A DNA stretch of 64,000 bases, from contig JANHCV010000014.1 in assembly GCA_025594325.1 (NCBI GenBank), positions 1,190,857 to 1,254,856 of the forward strand. The letters are read 5' to 3'. The notes beneath the pieces were generated by a model. That model worked only from the letters and a program-made list of their open reading frames with translations. It had not been told where the DNA came from and ran no database searches. The translations under genes were made by a program, and so were the position numbers. Position 1 is the first letter of the stretch; the number at the start of each line of letters is the position of its first letter. The stretch comes from Blastocladiella emersonii ATCC 22665 (lineage: Eukaryota > Fungi > Blastocladiomycota). Shown piece by piece: positions 11,601 to 24,396 of the stretch.

Positions 11601-13110
11601 CTCGATATCGACGCCAGGCCGAACGTAGGCTCGTGTTGATGGTTTCTCGACGAGGGAGAGCAGCGCCATGGCAATGAACTCACTAGCATCCCGTGGACAG
11701 TCAAGGAGTCCAACACAGAGCGAGCGAACCCCGTCTGCATGAGCGAGAGCAGGGAGAATGGGCGAGAGTGCGAGCTCGCAAAGGGTTTGAATTGCAAGGA
11801 GGCGCAGCTTGTCCTCGGGGTGCTCCGAAATCGCGACCACAATGCGGACAAGACTCATGCGAAAGATGGTGCTCGATGCGGGGAGCTCGATCCAACGCCG
11901 GAGAAGCTTGAAGCACTGTTCCTTCTCGGGGAACCCCTTAGACTCGCGTGTGAGGGTCCTGTACAAATTGAGCGTGGCAAAAAGGTCAGGAACACCAGTT
12001 TACGCGGAGATTCGGGGGGAAAAGGTCGCAACGAACCGGAGCACGTGGAGGTCAACGCGGTAATTGAGCATCATTTCGACGGCCGCAGTGCTGGTGCTGA
12101 GGTACCGGAAGCAGCGGTAAGCTGCTGCTCTCGTGACGCCGCTGGAAGACGAGAGGAACGGGAGAAGACTGGATTAACGAGATGGAGAAACAAGTAAGCA
12201 CGTCTTGTTAGTGACCAGGGATGTGGGAGGCGAGATAGAGCAACGTACGCGGCAAGCTTTTCGTCCATTGGCACGGCCATAGCCTGTCCGGGTGACTGGC
12301 GGTGCAGCCGAGCAAAATTGTCCAACGCCTCAAGCTGTGCCACTTCATTCGTTGGCTTTGCTGCTAGAGTCCCGATGACTTCCTGGATTGAAACATGTAG
12401 ACCTAGGAGCAGTGAGGAGACGTGTCAATACATCGACCGACAAGGGGCCTGCACACGCAGCGGGCAACCGGTGACGTACGACGAAGCGCAGCCTTGTCCT
12501 CGTGATGGCGCGACCGGTGCGATTGCTGCTCGGGAGGCGCACTGCGCCTGCGATGAGGGTCAAGGTGATCTGCGCTGGGAACCTTTCGCAGGGCATGATG
12601 GTGGGCAGTCTCAAGAGTTTCGGAAGGCGTCGAGTCCGCACGGTTACGAACGCGACCCGCTACAAGGATTCATGCCAGTTAGCGCCCTGTATCGTGTTAG
12701 ACGAAACCAGTTAGATTGACAGGTTACCGACGGGATTTTCCTTCAGCTGCTTGAGGTGCTCGTAGTAGTCGACCTGGGCGCTCAACTCAGCAATCCGCTG
12801 GTTGGTACGAGAGAGTTGCGCAAGCACGTCCTGCTGTGGGACCGTGGTTCCCTTGGTCCCCGAGTGGGATACCTGCAGCATGTTCTCGGCGCCGATCTTG
12901 ATCTTGGTCTCAATCAGAAGCTCGTGGTTGAGCCCAGCAAGCTAGGTACAGTTTCGGGTCAGCGAATCGTCGTGAAGCCTGCTCGCGAATGGGCAGCAGC
13001 TGCGATCCAGAGCACTGGTCCCAAATTCACGAGTAAGAGAATTCGAGGGCACTTACAATCGCATCGTAATCGTTTGGGTCACGCTGTGCAGGCAACGGAG
13101 GCGGCGCCAT
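8620..13110 (-). CDS. RICTOR: TORC2 subunit RICTOR/Avo3/Ste20, multi-exon, with N-terminal HR1 domain
   Basis: Exon fragments: MAPPPLPAQRDPNDYDAI (putative start 13110); HR1-like LNHELLIETKIKIGAENMLQ; CFKLLRRWIEL...RLLAIQTLCEL; YTKWDWAIVCELLQGPLLAPRRLEETLRTTKFFKRLCSFYRP; FATCHLG...LATQLYDP; PHFFGELAKTPEGC...LKAILWAIGHVG; LSVRGTAFFALGLVAKT. Last exon ends at TAG 8620. Not all exon boundaries were resolved. Confidence 0.92.
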
Positions 13111-13645
13111 GGCGGCGGAGACTGGCACGGATTGCACGGCGTGCTTTCGGCTTGAAAAGTGTGTGAAGCAAGTAATGGGCGGCTATTGCATGAAGTTACG
13201 TTGTTCGTTCATGGTTGAGCACACCGGTCGGGCGAGGAAAGGTGGGCCGTGTGGCGCGTCGCGGGCTCACCGAGCGGGGAAGCCGGCGGGCAAGCTCACG
13301 CTTTGACTTGTCCGCACATAAATATATTTCCACCAATCGATTATGGCCAAAATATCAATTTTAATCTCACTTGTGAGGGCTACACCAATAATTGTTGGCG
13401 AAAGCGTAATCCTGCGGAATACTGGAATAGAGGGAACCATCAGCTGATCTCCCCGCCAGAGCTATCGGATCTTCGCCCCGCTCCACCTCCCGGAGAGGCT
13501 GGCCGTCCGACGACCCTCGCTCGTCGTCATCGTCTCCCAGGCCGGCTCCCTGTCTTGCAACACTACGCCGACTACCTGCAACGCGTCCTACACGATGCCC
13601 ACGCGCGGTTTAGTGCCCCTGCGCACGGCCCGCCCGACGACGAGC
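13111..13645. promoter_or_regulatory. Short divergent intergenic region (RICTOR/NUP107) with an AT-rich core
   Basis: Head-to-head starts about 535 bp apart. An AT-rich patch at about 13315-13440 (ataaatatattt, aaaatatcaattttaat) stands out from the GC-rich background. Confidence 0.45.
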
Positions 13646-16562
13646 ATGACCAACCCCGACGCAGCCGTACTCGTACCAGAGGATGAGCCCATGACCGAGG
13701 CCGAGCTTGTGGGTTCCGATTTCCCGGTGGCCGCACGCGCCGGGCCTGCGGGTAGCGAGGTCAACGGCCATGCCTGGACCAGCGATCGTGACGCCGACCC
13801 CGACGCAGCTGGGCCCATCGCCGACTTGGCGGCTGGCGATCGTGCCTCGGCCGTTGACCGAGACCTTGCGATTCGCTTCGCCGAGGCGGTCCAAGGTCGG
13901 ACGGCCGATTACTTTGGCGAGAACGGCATGCTCGTCACTTATGCGACCATCTGTGACGCAGTGTACGCGATCCTCTTCTCACCCCGGCCCTGCGTCCCAG
14001 ACCTGTGTTAACACCTCTTCGACGAGCTTCTAGTTCGACCGATTTCGCGGAAACCGACACGCGTCACAGTTCGGACGTGGGGGTCCAGGACTCGGTATCC
14101 CTCGTTCGCACGGAGGCCCTTTCGTGGCGCCTCCTCCACATGTTCCTCAGGTACATCATCTCTTTGTCTCTGAACTCGTTGTTTATCTTTTGCCAATGCT
14201 GACGACTTGTACCCCGACCCCACGTGTCTGTAGCCGCCACCACCTCCCTAACCTCGCAGCCGACGCCAACTCTCTCTCCGTCAATGCGCCTTTTCTTTCG
14301 GATTTCGCACTGGAGCGTGCGCTGGTAGCCAGTGACAAATCCCTTCTTGATCTCAAAGTACGTGAAATGCGCCACGCTGCCTACGGAAACCCGAATCTCA
14401 CCCTCGCACCTTGCTCTAGCTTGTGATTCGATGGCTCGAGGACCATTTTTCGCTGCATTCGGGGAAGTCTCAGCACAGCGAGCTGCTCAAGTCTCACCAC
14501 CGTTCTCCGCTTGACGATCTCTTTCTCAGTGCGCCGAATTCTTCCTCGCCCGTCACCACGACTCCTCGCGTGGCTATCAAGTCTGATCTCTCATTTTTCA
14601 ACGCCCTGCTCTTGCTTCTGCGCTCTGGCCGAACTGAGGAGGCCATGGAGTACGCTCGACTTTGTGAGCGCCCAGGCGTCGTCGCAATTCTTGCTGGCAG
14701 ATCTCGTCATCATCCCGAGGCAAATGGTACGAGATAAGCCACAGGAGAAAGTTTTCAGCATGTCCACTCACCTACCTTCAAACTGCATGTAATAGGAGAG
14801 TGGTCTAAGCTTGGCCGAGTGACTGGAAACGTCAATTTCCGGCAGTGGCGTGAGACGGTCATGCTCTTGGCCAAAAACGAGATCCTCTCGGTTCCAGAGC
14901 GGGCGGTCTATGCTCTCCTCTCGGGCTACTTACCCGGCCTCCTTCCTGCTTGCAACTCGTACGAGGACGCCCTCCACGCGTTTGTCACTTGTGTCTATGC
15001 CGCCAAGCTCAACCGTTGCCTTCCCAACGACGCCGCCTTGTTCTTCGAGCACTTGAAGATTTCAAATCACATCAAGTCGAATGCTCATGCTAGCACGGTC
15101 GAGAGTGGACATGACGTCTCGCTCCAGTCGTCCCTCGCGTCCATGGATCTTCACCACGTGTTTCTTGCGCTGCAAAATGGGGTTGCATGGCTTAACATCC
15201 CTGCCCACATCAAAGCCCAAGCGCAGTCGTTCCACGCTGGCGTCCACGCTCGCATCGTCACACAGTCGCTTCCCGAACTCGTGACTTGGCTTGCTGACCG
15301 CGCCTCGCGCGAAAAGCTAACGATGAGCCAAACCCGGTTTGCCGCTCACGCGCTTCTCGCAATCCATGTGACACGTTCAGCCGCCCGTAGTTCTCTTATG
15401 GACCCCATGGACCGCATCGTTCGATTCTACATGCGCCAGCTGCTTGCGGTTCGCGGCCTAGACCAAGCCGTCCCCGTGTACGCCCTTGCCATTCCGCAAG
15501 AGTCCCGTGCCGACGTTTACGCGGCGGTTCTTGCAAAAATCCATCAGCATTCATGGCCGGCGTGCATCGAACGCGCCAAGCAGCTCGGCCTTGATGTTCC
15601 CGCCATCGCCGTTGCGGTCGCTGACGTCCTCTGCACCCACTTCGGCCCCGACCAGCGCAACTCGGCAAGCACCGTAACGGATGATGAGCGGGAGGAAACC
15701 GCGGATAAGCTTTTTCACGCGGTTGACCTCCTCCATCGGAGTCACTTGCTTGTGAACGGCGGACTTGGAAACGAGGATGTCGTGGTACCTGCGATCAATC
15801 GCATACTTCGGCTTCTGCTCTGTACGCATTTCATGGCCACTCGGCCTCGAGCATTTTCCAACTCACTGACTCGATTTTCCTTAGCACGCGCAATGTGGGA
15901 TCACGCACATCGGGCGGCGCAGCTGCTTGCTCCCCTTGCCGAAAGGGCGACATCGGTCTCCACTCCCAGCCTCGGTGTTTGGAAGGAGCTCATGGACTAC
16001 ACCAAGTTCCTTACATTTTTCCGCGGCGGGCTTGATCGTATCCACGTACGTGTTACTTCGACTGGAAATTGCCAGGAAGCTGATCTAACCTGCGCGCGTC
16101 CACGCTCAGACGGACAACGGAGCCCATGATTCGCTGGCCCTGGGCCTCGGGCTACTTGATGGCCAATGGCTACGCCGTGATCGCAGCGACACCGAAGTTG
16201 CAGACCTTTACAAATTCCTCGCACCCAAGGTGATGAGCAAGCTCGCCACGATCATTGCAGACACGGGGTACGTCGCGACTACCACTCACCCGCCATCGCC
16301 TACATTTCAATTGGGTCACGCACCAGGAACGCTTACAATTTCCTGTCGTCGCATTAGGAACATCCGTGAGTCCCGATTCTTTGTCGCAACCATGGCAGCT
16401 CACGCGCCCCTGCTCGCCGAATCGACGGTAACCCCATTTGGGCTCTCTGGTTCCGCTAAGCTTGTCGCTTCGAGTGTCTTGGATCATGACCTGCGAATCT
16501 ACCGTGACTTTGGAGCCCTCTTCGCCCAGCCAGGCTCCGCCCGCTTACCCGACGCGTCCTGA
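13646..16562 (+). CDS. NUP107: Nucleoporin Nup107/Nup84, multi-exon
   Basis: Exon fragments: SWRLLHMFL; IRWLEDH; NALLLLLRSGRTEEAMEYARLCERPGVVAIL; GNVNFRQWRETV...ERAVYALLSG; QTRFAAHALLAI; IVRFYMRQL...VPVYA; LLDGQWLR...LYKFLAPKVMSKLATII. Final stop TGA at 16562. Start and end are approximate. Confidence 0.8.
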
Positions 16563-17149
16563 GTATGAGGCATGGTCATCTGACATGTTCTTTGTATTTG
16601 AATTGAATCTGTTAGTTTCCAACAACGAGAGGCGCCGCCCGTGTACACGTCCCATACAAAGCCTGCACCATAAACCAGCTGGGAAGGATGAAACGTCGCT
16701 GGACTGACAGCAGCCCCCGAAGTCAGGCCACTCACTCATTGGACACGTTAAGTCTATGTAAGTCAGTCGCCCCGGCCACCACGCACCACCTACCGCATAC
16801 CGGTAACTCGAGGCGCTCACGTATCGGCGCAATTCGAGGGAAAGCAGTACGCGTGGACTTCCATCGCGGAAAGCGCTCTAGGAGAACTGCCAATAATTTG
16901 GCCTCGAGTTGTTGCTGGCGACCACGCAGTTGACTGGAGCAACTGGGAGCACCAACAACAGCGCCTCATTAACTCCAGTACGACTACCGCGATTTTACGT
17001 TGGTCCTGTGATGCGCTCAAACCCTTGCTCAAATCGCGCGTGGGCCTCGACATCCCTACTCTCATTGTGCCTGCGGCACAATTTGGTCGCGCTCAAGCTC
17101 GTGCACAGCCTGCTGCTATCGGAAAGAAAAACCTATGACTTGATGTTGA

Positions 17150-18340
17150 CGGGCACGTTGGCTTGCTGATCACGGCTGGGCCAATACTGCCGTCGCGCAG
17201 GTCGGTCCGCTCGCCGTTCTGATCGCCTGGTATGGGCCGGCTGCTATGCAGGGCCCTCTCACGCGCCACGCCCCTGTCGTACTTGAAGGCATGCTTGGGC
17301 AACACTGGAGCGACTGTACAAAGTGTGTCCTTTCGTGGTTCCAATATTGTCTGTCTGTCCTCAATCACTCCTACCGCGTTTGCTGTTATCCTCGAACACG
17401 GCTTGCTTGACACCGACTGCTGTGAGTGGGTGAGTCTCGTCCTCGCGGGAGCCTTGCAGAATGGTTTTGGGTGCTTCAAACTGATTCGCGCGCGCCTTGG
17501 CAAGGAGAGATGCTCGCAACAGTTACCAAGTGTGCCGTAATCATGGCTGGCACCCTTGCACTCGCTGCTAGTTACTGCGTAAGTTTACACCGTCACTCAG
17601 ACGAAAATGTAGCGATTCGCCGCTTGCTTGCAAAGCCACGATTTGACCCATTCGAAGTCACATCCTTTATTGCCTCAACTATTCCTCAGGAGCTCGTCCG
17701 CTTTGCGCGCGACTTGGCACTCGACAATTTCGTGGACGGGTTTGCTGATTCCATCCTCAACTGCCCGAACGCGAACGGAGACTCGCCAATGCTTGCGCTC
17801 AAGCGGTTCCTTGGTCAGGGCGTATTCGCCGACTCAATCGACGTTCTCACCTTCACCAGCAAGGTCCTGCAGCGTGTCGGATACGAGACTGACAGCCTGC
17901 CCGCCAGCTGCTCGAACGCGAGAATGGTTGAGTCAACCATTCTCGCGTTCGTTGCCACCACGGTTATCAGCTCAACCGCGACGCGTACCATGGAGCGCGA
18001 CCGCGGCGTTCCTGGCGGGGTCTTTGAGCAACCTCATGCACTCGCCTCCAACTCGGCAAACGCTGAAGGAAGCTGAATTGTTGACGAGTACTCGCGCACC
18101 TAATGAATTGACTAACTGACTTTTCTTTGGGTGCATTCCAGGTCTAGAACTGCCGTCACACCCGTGCACGCCGCGGCAAGTACCGTACTGCGACTGTTCC
18201 AATCTTGGCCCGCTTTGTGGGACAGCGAAACTCATGAAAAGGACAGTTTGGAGCGCTGGCGGGCGGGAGCGCAAACAAACCTGTCCATCCCAAGTTGTGC
18301 CCTGACCGACGCCTGCAGGATGCTTTGAGAACTAACTAGG
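17150..18340 (+). CDS. Hypothetical spliced protein (boundaries uncertain)
   Basis: A 216-aa ORF at 17426-18076 with protein-like composition (EWFWVLQTD...KPRFDPFEVTSFI...), plus an upstream open segment (ARWLADHGW...CVLSWFQY) and GT/AG signals. No family recognised. Confidence 0.4.
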
Positions 18341-18546
18341 TGGCAACCATGTAGTAAGCAAGCAATCCTAAACAAAGTGTATTCGAGTCTCATCATTGCA
18401 ACAGTGGTCTTCAGCGCCTCCATGTCCCCTCCCCCCTTCTATCCATACAAAGTCGCCCGTCATTGCCTGTTCTTTTTTTTTTTACCCGGAGCCATAACCT
18501 TGAGCCACGCGCACACGCATGCGCGCCCGATACGGCTGCTTGTCGA

Positions 18547-21509
18547 TTACATCGGCAGGACCCCACTGTTTCGCATGTGGTCGCGGAGGATGTACAGGTC
18601 GTCGACCACGGCCTGCCCGCAATGCGCGGTGACGTGCTGGAGGAGCATGAGTCGCGGTTGATCGCGGGCGTGCTCGTGGGCGGTTCCTGCAGTGATGGCG
18701 TCCTCTAGGGCCATTTCCGACTGACACAACGCCAAGAACCCGGCAAGGGCAGCCGCGGCCGCACTGAGGCACCCGCACGGTTGCCGAAGCCACCCGTTCG
18801 TGCGGAGCGTGTGCGCAAGGTCCGCGCGGAGACTGCGCGGACGTGAGCGCGACGCTGCACCTGCAGAACCCGGTGCCGCGAAACACGTGAGGACAAGTAC
18901 ACGCTTTTTCTCAGGCGCTTCGATGTAGCTGGCGAGGTCGCGCGTCGCCTGCGGAGCCATGAAGCGGAACGCGTTGCCCGTGTTGTGAACGAGGACCTGC
19001 ACGGAGAACAAGAACGACGGCTGCTGGAGCAGCGGGCAACCGCTTGGACACATTTCGTAATGCTGGTGGCCAGGCGTGATGGACCCAATGCGCGGCATTG
19101 GCACCGGCGTGCGCATCCCGTCGATTCCGTAGCACGCCGAGACCACGCTTGACAGCAGCAGTGGGAACGCGCCGTCGTCCTGGTCGCCGGTCCGCCAGCC
19201 ATCAATCTCGGCGAGCATCGCGTGCCATCGATTCGGGTACAGGTGCGCAGCGCCGACGACCATTATTACAGCCCAAGCTAGCGACTTGTTGGCAAGGAGC
19301 GCGTTCCCAATCTCGCGCTTGGCGTTGGCAACACGTGCACGACGGTCGGCGGACTGTTCCGATGCGCGGATCGCGGCGCGCTCGGCGGAGGCGGGACCTG
19401 CAATGTCGTGACCGTCGCCAGCTCCCTCCTCCAAGTGGTCCTCATCGCCGTCGTCGCTAGTAGAGTCAGCCGCTGCAACAGCTCCCACCAGCGCCGCCGT
19501 ATTAGCCGCGGCTGCGAAGTCGGCCATGGCTGCGGGATCCCGAAATATCGAGAGCGCAAGGAGGACGAGGACAAAGGGGCCGACCCGCGGGCCCGCGAGC
19601 GAAGCCTCCGTCAGCAGATAGTCGTGGACCTCGGAGAAATTGAGCGTGAACGGCTCCGGGGGCGCGAAGAGAGCAGCTAGCCGCCTTGACAGGTCCACGA
19701 GGGAGCAATCTGCCGCCGTCGGCCGCGCCCGTGCAAAAACGGCCACACATTCGGGGGCGCCGAGCATGCGGCCAACAAACTGGAAGGCGCGCTGCGCAAT
19801 GAACGGGTACTTGGACGCGGAGAGGATTGCCATCCGGAGAACTGTATAACGTGAGCGTCGGCGATGGCCAGGGATGTGCGGGCGAGTGCGGACGCGAGCG
19901 AGTGAGTTACAATGGAGAACCCACATGGCAGTGTACACGTACGTTTGAGCATAATCTCGCCGACCTGGTCCACGTCGGTGATGCGCCGCATCCACGACGC
20001 CCTCATAATGCGGTGTCGGAGCGGCGAGGGCCGTCCGTCGGGGCTCTGGGCACTGAGAACGACCCAGATCGCGCCCGGTGCTGACTGCGGGCCGATCACG
20101 GCAAGACACGGCGCGCTGGCATTTTGCTGGAGGCGGTACTGACGAAGCTGGGCTTCCGCAAGGGTGAAGAGGCGCTGGAGGTGCGTGATGTCCGTGGCCA
20201 TAGCCGTGTCGACCTTGACATGATCTTTGGGCGAAAGCTCGGAGAGAAACACGGAAAGGGCGGGATATTTTTCAAGAAACGAGGTAAGGGAGTCGGATCC
20301 GGGCGCGGCAGCGAGGGCGGTGGCGATGGCGGCAACCACGGACATGCTCATGGGCTCAACGACTTCCGCAACGGGATTCGGCACCCACGTGCCGGTCGCG
20401 AGAAGATGCTCGGCAGCTTCAAGAACGGCCGTGGGCGAGGGCCGGGCCGTGGCAATGCGCCGTGCAATCGGAATCGCAAAGCGGCTAGCCGAGAGTATGT
20501 CCCGGCACAGGCTCACAAGGTCGACTCGCACTAAAGCTGGCAGGCGCGGTGTGGTCGCGAGCGTCATCATGGCGGTCCGGTTGCACCCGGCGCCAGCGAG
20601 CAGACCCAGAAAGGACATCAGCGAGATGGCATGCGGGGCAAGATTCGCTACCGGCGCCAACCCGGGCCCAAGCCCGTGAGCACGAAGCCTCTCCTCGTTC
20701 ACGTACGCTTCCGGGGTGAGCGTCGTGACCCACTTCAGTACTAGATTAAAGCATCTTGGCAAGATCTCGTACGTCACCCCGAGGAGCCCGTCGAGGAGCG
20801 CGCTTGTCCGATCCGCCAAGGCGCAAGTGGCGAGCAAGGTCGTGTGTAGCACCAAGCCCATGAGCTCGCGCGCCGGTAAAGGTGGCGGCGGCGGGATGTT
20901 GCCAAAGTCGCACGGATGGTCTATGTCCATGAGCTCCTTGCACTTGCTGCACGTACATGCCACGGCGCTAGGGCGAAAATCGGCCGGGTAGTCGAGATTA
21001 ATGAGAGGTCGGTCGCGGCCGATAGCCGAGACTTGCGCCGCAGCCCAAAGGATTGCTGCGGCGAGCTCGTACTGAAGCCGGTTGCACAGGGCGGCCTCGG
21101 CCATGGCGTCCTGCAGCAGCTGGTCTCGCAGCCAATGAGGTGCCAGGCGGCTGAGGTCGGCGAACCGCTGCCGAGCTGACTGCTGTTGTTGCTGCTGGTC
21201 GTAGTCGATGGCGGGCGCGGGGTTGCTGACAGCGGCCATGAAATTCTCGGCGACCTTGAGGACGTGCCAGACGACCAGTTCGCCGTCCGTACTGGCCGTG
21301 ACCCCAGCTGCGCGAGCTGCGGAGACGGCCTCCGTGTAGAGCGCCTGCATCGCGTCGCGATACATGACGTCGTTGATGGCGGCGGGCGCTGTGGTCATGG
21401 CGGCGCTGGAAAACGTGCTTGCTGCCAAACCCGAGGGTGCCGTCAAAGTCAAAGGTGTCGTCGCCGCGCCCAGAGCCGATGCCGTCGTGGGTACCGACAT
21501 CCCGTCCAT
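18547..21509 (-). CDS. Hypothetical ~953-aa helical protein, 2 exons
   Basis: ORFs 21509-19677 and 20109-18547 are joined in frame by intron 19942-19842 (GTACGT...TACAG), giving ...GEIMLKL-LRMAILSASKYP... Exon lengths 1567+1295 = 2862 nt. No family recognised. Confidence 0.7.
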
Positions 21510-24380
21510 GATGCTTCTACGGCGCGTGAGAGCGCGCGCGCGCGAGAGAGAGTCACCATGTTACCATGTCGAGGCAGAAAACGTCCGCCGTCGCTCGGGG
21601 ACGAGAGGGTTCGCGCGCGCACTCCGACGGGTCGACGGGTCGGGGAGCAAGCCAATATCCTTTGACAAACCCGTTGCGGTTCGTTGCTTAGTGTAGCAGG
21701 GTGCGCCGGCAATGCAAGTACTTGGGTGGATGGTGGAGTGCTCTATCGTTGCGTCCGAGCAAGGGCATGGAGGAAGGAGGGCGCGTGCGCTGAGTTGGCA
21801 GAGCGGTTGCCGCGGGTTGGGTCGCGTCGCGTCGCGCCGCGTTTCTGCCGGCACACGTGAGAAACGCGTGCGTGTCTCCCATGCACGTCTCCAGGTCGGT
21901 AATTGGTCGCACGCTTCCTTCAATTTCTCCGATCTCGCTGGCGGCCGCGTGCGACCCTGTCCATTGGGGCGAGGGAGGAGTGATGTACTGCAGTAATATA
22001 GTATATAGGATCAAACCGAGCGAGGAAGCAAGCCGCGAGGAATTAGTGGAAGCAACACAACACGGTGCCCGACGCCGTCGTTTGAAACCCGTGGCACTCG
22101 AGGAGCTAGTTGGCGGCAGGCGAGAAGATTGCAGGTGCCACGCTAGGACGTCAAGCAAGTTGAATGTATCGCAAGGGAACTCGGCCGGCGATCTGGTCGA
22201 GTTGGGCCAGGCATCGCGAGCGCCGCAGTGACAGCGCGAGGCCGGATTCGTCGTGGACGGGCACCGAAAGCGAGAGCAGCAGGCTTCCTAAGTAATTTTG
22301 ACCCGGCGAACTGCATCGCGTGAGCACAATGCCGCGACGAGCGGACTACGGGTGCCCATGATCACAGCGGATGCCGAGGTCCACAGGATCCCAGTGGGGC
22401 CGTGCGGCGGTGCCGAGACCGACGACGGTGTCTAGCTCCAGTGGAGACCCCATGCATTTGGAACACGATAGCGACGATCGTGGCTGCGACCACGCCGACT
22501 GCGATAGCGATGGCGACTCCAAGGACGACGGCGGGCCGTGGCTCCGCTGCCGTCCGCGCCGCCCGCGCCGTCGGCCGTCCCCGCTGTCGACACGCAACTC
22601 ACCTCCCGGCTTGCCCGCTAGCTCGCCCGCCCTACCTCCCGCCCGGACGGCCTTCCTGGAGCCGCGCGCCCGCTGGTCGTCGCCGCGTCACGGGCGCGCG
22701 CCCTCAGCCTGCTTCGGTCTCGGTTCGGCGCCGTTCTCAGCTTCGGGCCGACCGCATGCGCCGTGGCAGCGGTCGCCATCGCCTCCCGACCTCCCGTGGC
22801 GTGCGCGTCCCGCGTCCCGCGACCCGCACGAGCTGGGCGCGCGCCGCGTCTCGTGCGCTGGCTTCGCCGCCCACCAACGCACGCCCGCATCCATCCTCGG
22901 CGCCCAGCCTGGCGTGCCGGCCCGGTACCCGATGCTGCTGCTGCTGCTGCTGCGGCGACACCGGCTCGCCACGCGCGTCCATGCCCGTGGTCCGCTTCTC
23001 CACCGCTCGCCCAGGCCGGATCAGGAACGGCCACGGCTGCACCGGTCGGCATGCTCGGGCCACACCGTCGTCGTGCGCTACCCTATTGTGACTTTGTCTA
23101 TTATAGCCCCTCTCTCGACTCGATCAACGTACTACTCGATTGAGCCGCCTGCCTGTCTACGTCCTATCCTGCTTCTTCGACGGCGGCTGCATCGGGGGGA
23201 CCGCCCAGTTGGCGTCGGCGTCAGTTGCAATCATCAGCCGCGCACGCACACCGACCATCGGGCTCGCCATCCGGCTCGCAGTCCCCCATGGCCGATTCTG
23301 GCGCAACTGACGTCAGGTCGACGGCAATCCATTCTCGAGTCACGCGCCTTGGCCGCGATCGCGAGTGCGAGACACGCACGGGTCGCAAACCGACTGTGGC
23401 GCCGCTGAGCGTAACGCGACGATTCCCATCGCCCGCCTCGCCCCGGCGGCCGTGCTCCGAGCCCGCCGGGAGGGACCCCCAGCTCTCCTCTCATCTCGGT
23501 TGCCGCCGCCGACGACGACGACGACTTAACGACAAAGGTCGCTCCGACTTCCCGCGCATTCGTCACCCGTTAGAACCCGCCACACACAGACACACACGCG
23601 CCGTTGCTCCCCATGAATTCCATCAGCGCCGCGCGCCGCGTCCCCTTTTCGATCATCGAGCAGATTCTCGTCCGCGCCGTCTACCTGCACCGCGGCCGCG
23701 AGTGCGACGACCTGCACACGCTCGCGCAGTACGCCCGCGTCCACCGCTTCGAATGGATCCCAAGCGTGCAACGCGCCATCCTCCATCTCGCACCTCGTCT
23801 TGCCTTGGACGCCGCGGCCAAGGTCGGGAACGTGGCGGCTTTGGAACGCCGCGTCGCGTGCCACCTCGAGGTGCCGTCGCCGACCATCACCCAGGTCCTG
23901 GCCGCAGTGGACGCTCGCCACCTCGCACTCCTCGAGTTCTGGCTCCGTCGAGGCGGGTCGGTGCGCGAGCACCTCCTCACGCAGGCGCAGAATCTCTGTT
24001 TGACGCGCATTGAGGACATGCTTGGAAAGTTGTTCAAGGGCATGTACAACGGGGACGGCTTCTTGAATATGCCCGGGGTGCGCGTCTCCATCAACTATAC
24101 CTTCCTTGCTCTGACCCGTTCGCTCACCCATCCCTTTTTACTCTTTCAGATCACAGGCAGCACCGCCAATACGGGCCTACGCCTCGCGGAGGTCTACCGC
24201 AAGGCCGTGTCCGAGGGCGCGACCAGCGTTGTATTTCGCTCGCTGTTCGCCAGCCACGACGACGTGGCCGAGCTCAACCAGGCCGTGCTCGAGACCGCGG
24301 CCAGCGCGACACAGCACGCCTCGCTCGACACGGTAATTTTCGACCGCTGCGCGCTCGACCTGCCCCGCGTGTGCGCCCTC

Positions 24381-24396
24381 CGCCTGCCCAACACGG
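24381..24396 (+). repeat. Target site duplication, left copy (CGCCTGCCCAACACGG); right copy at 26142-26157
   Basis: Exact 16-bp direct repeat flanking the insertion. Confidence 0.93.

Noticed and set aside
17150-18340. Possible faint resemblance to the C-terminus of the ciliary protein TBC1D32/BROMI
   Set aside because: Only a vague pattern recalled from memory. It is not supportable without an HMM search.
21560-23600. Several overlapping 100-345 aa ORFs between the hypothetical gene and the LRR gene
   Set aside because: They are R/P/A-rich low-complexity translations on both strands with no motif or consistent splice pattern. They are probably GC-rich intergenic sequence, although a small gene cannot be excluded.
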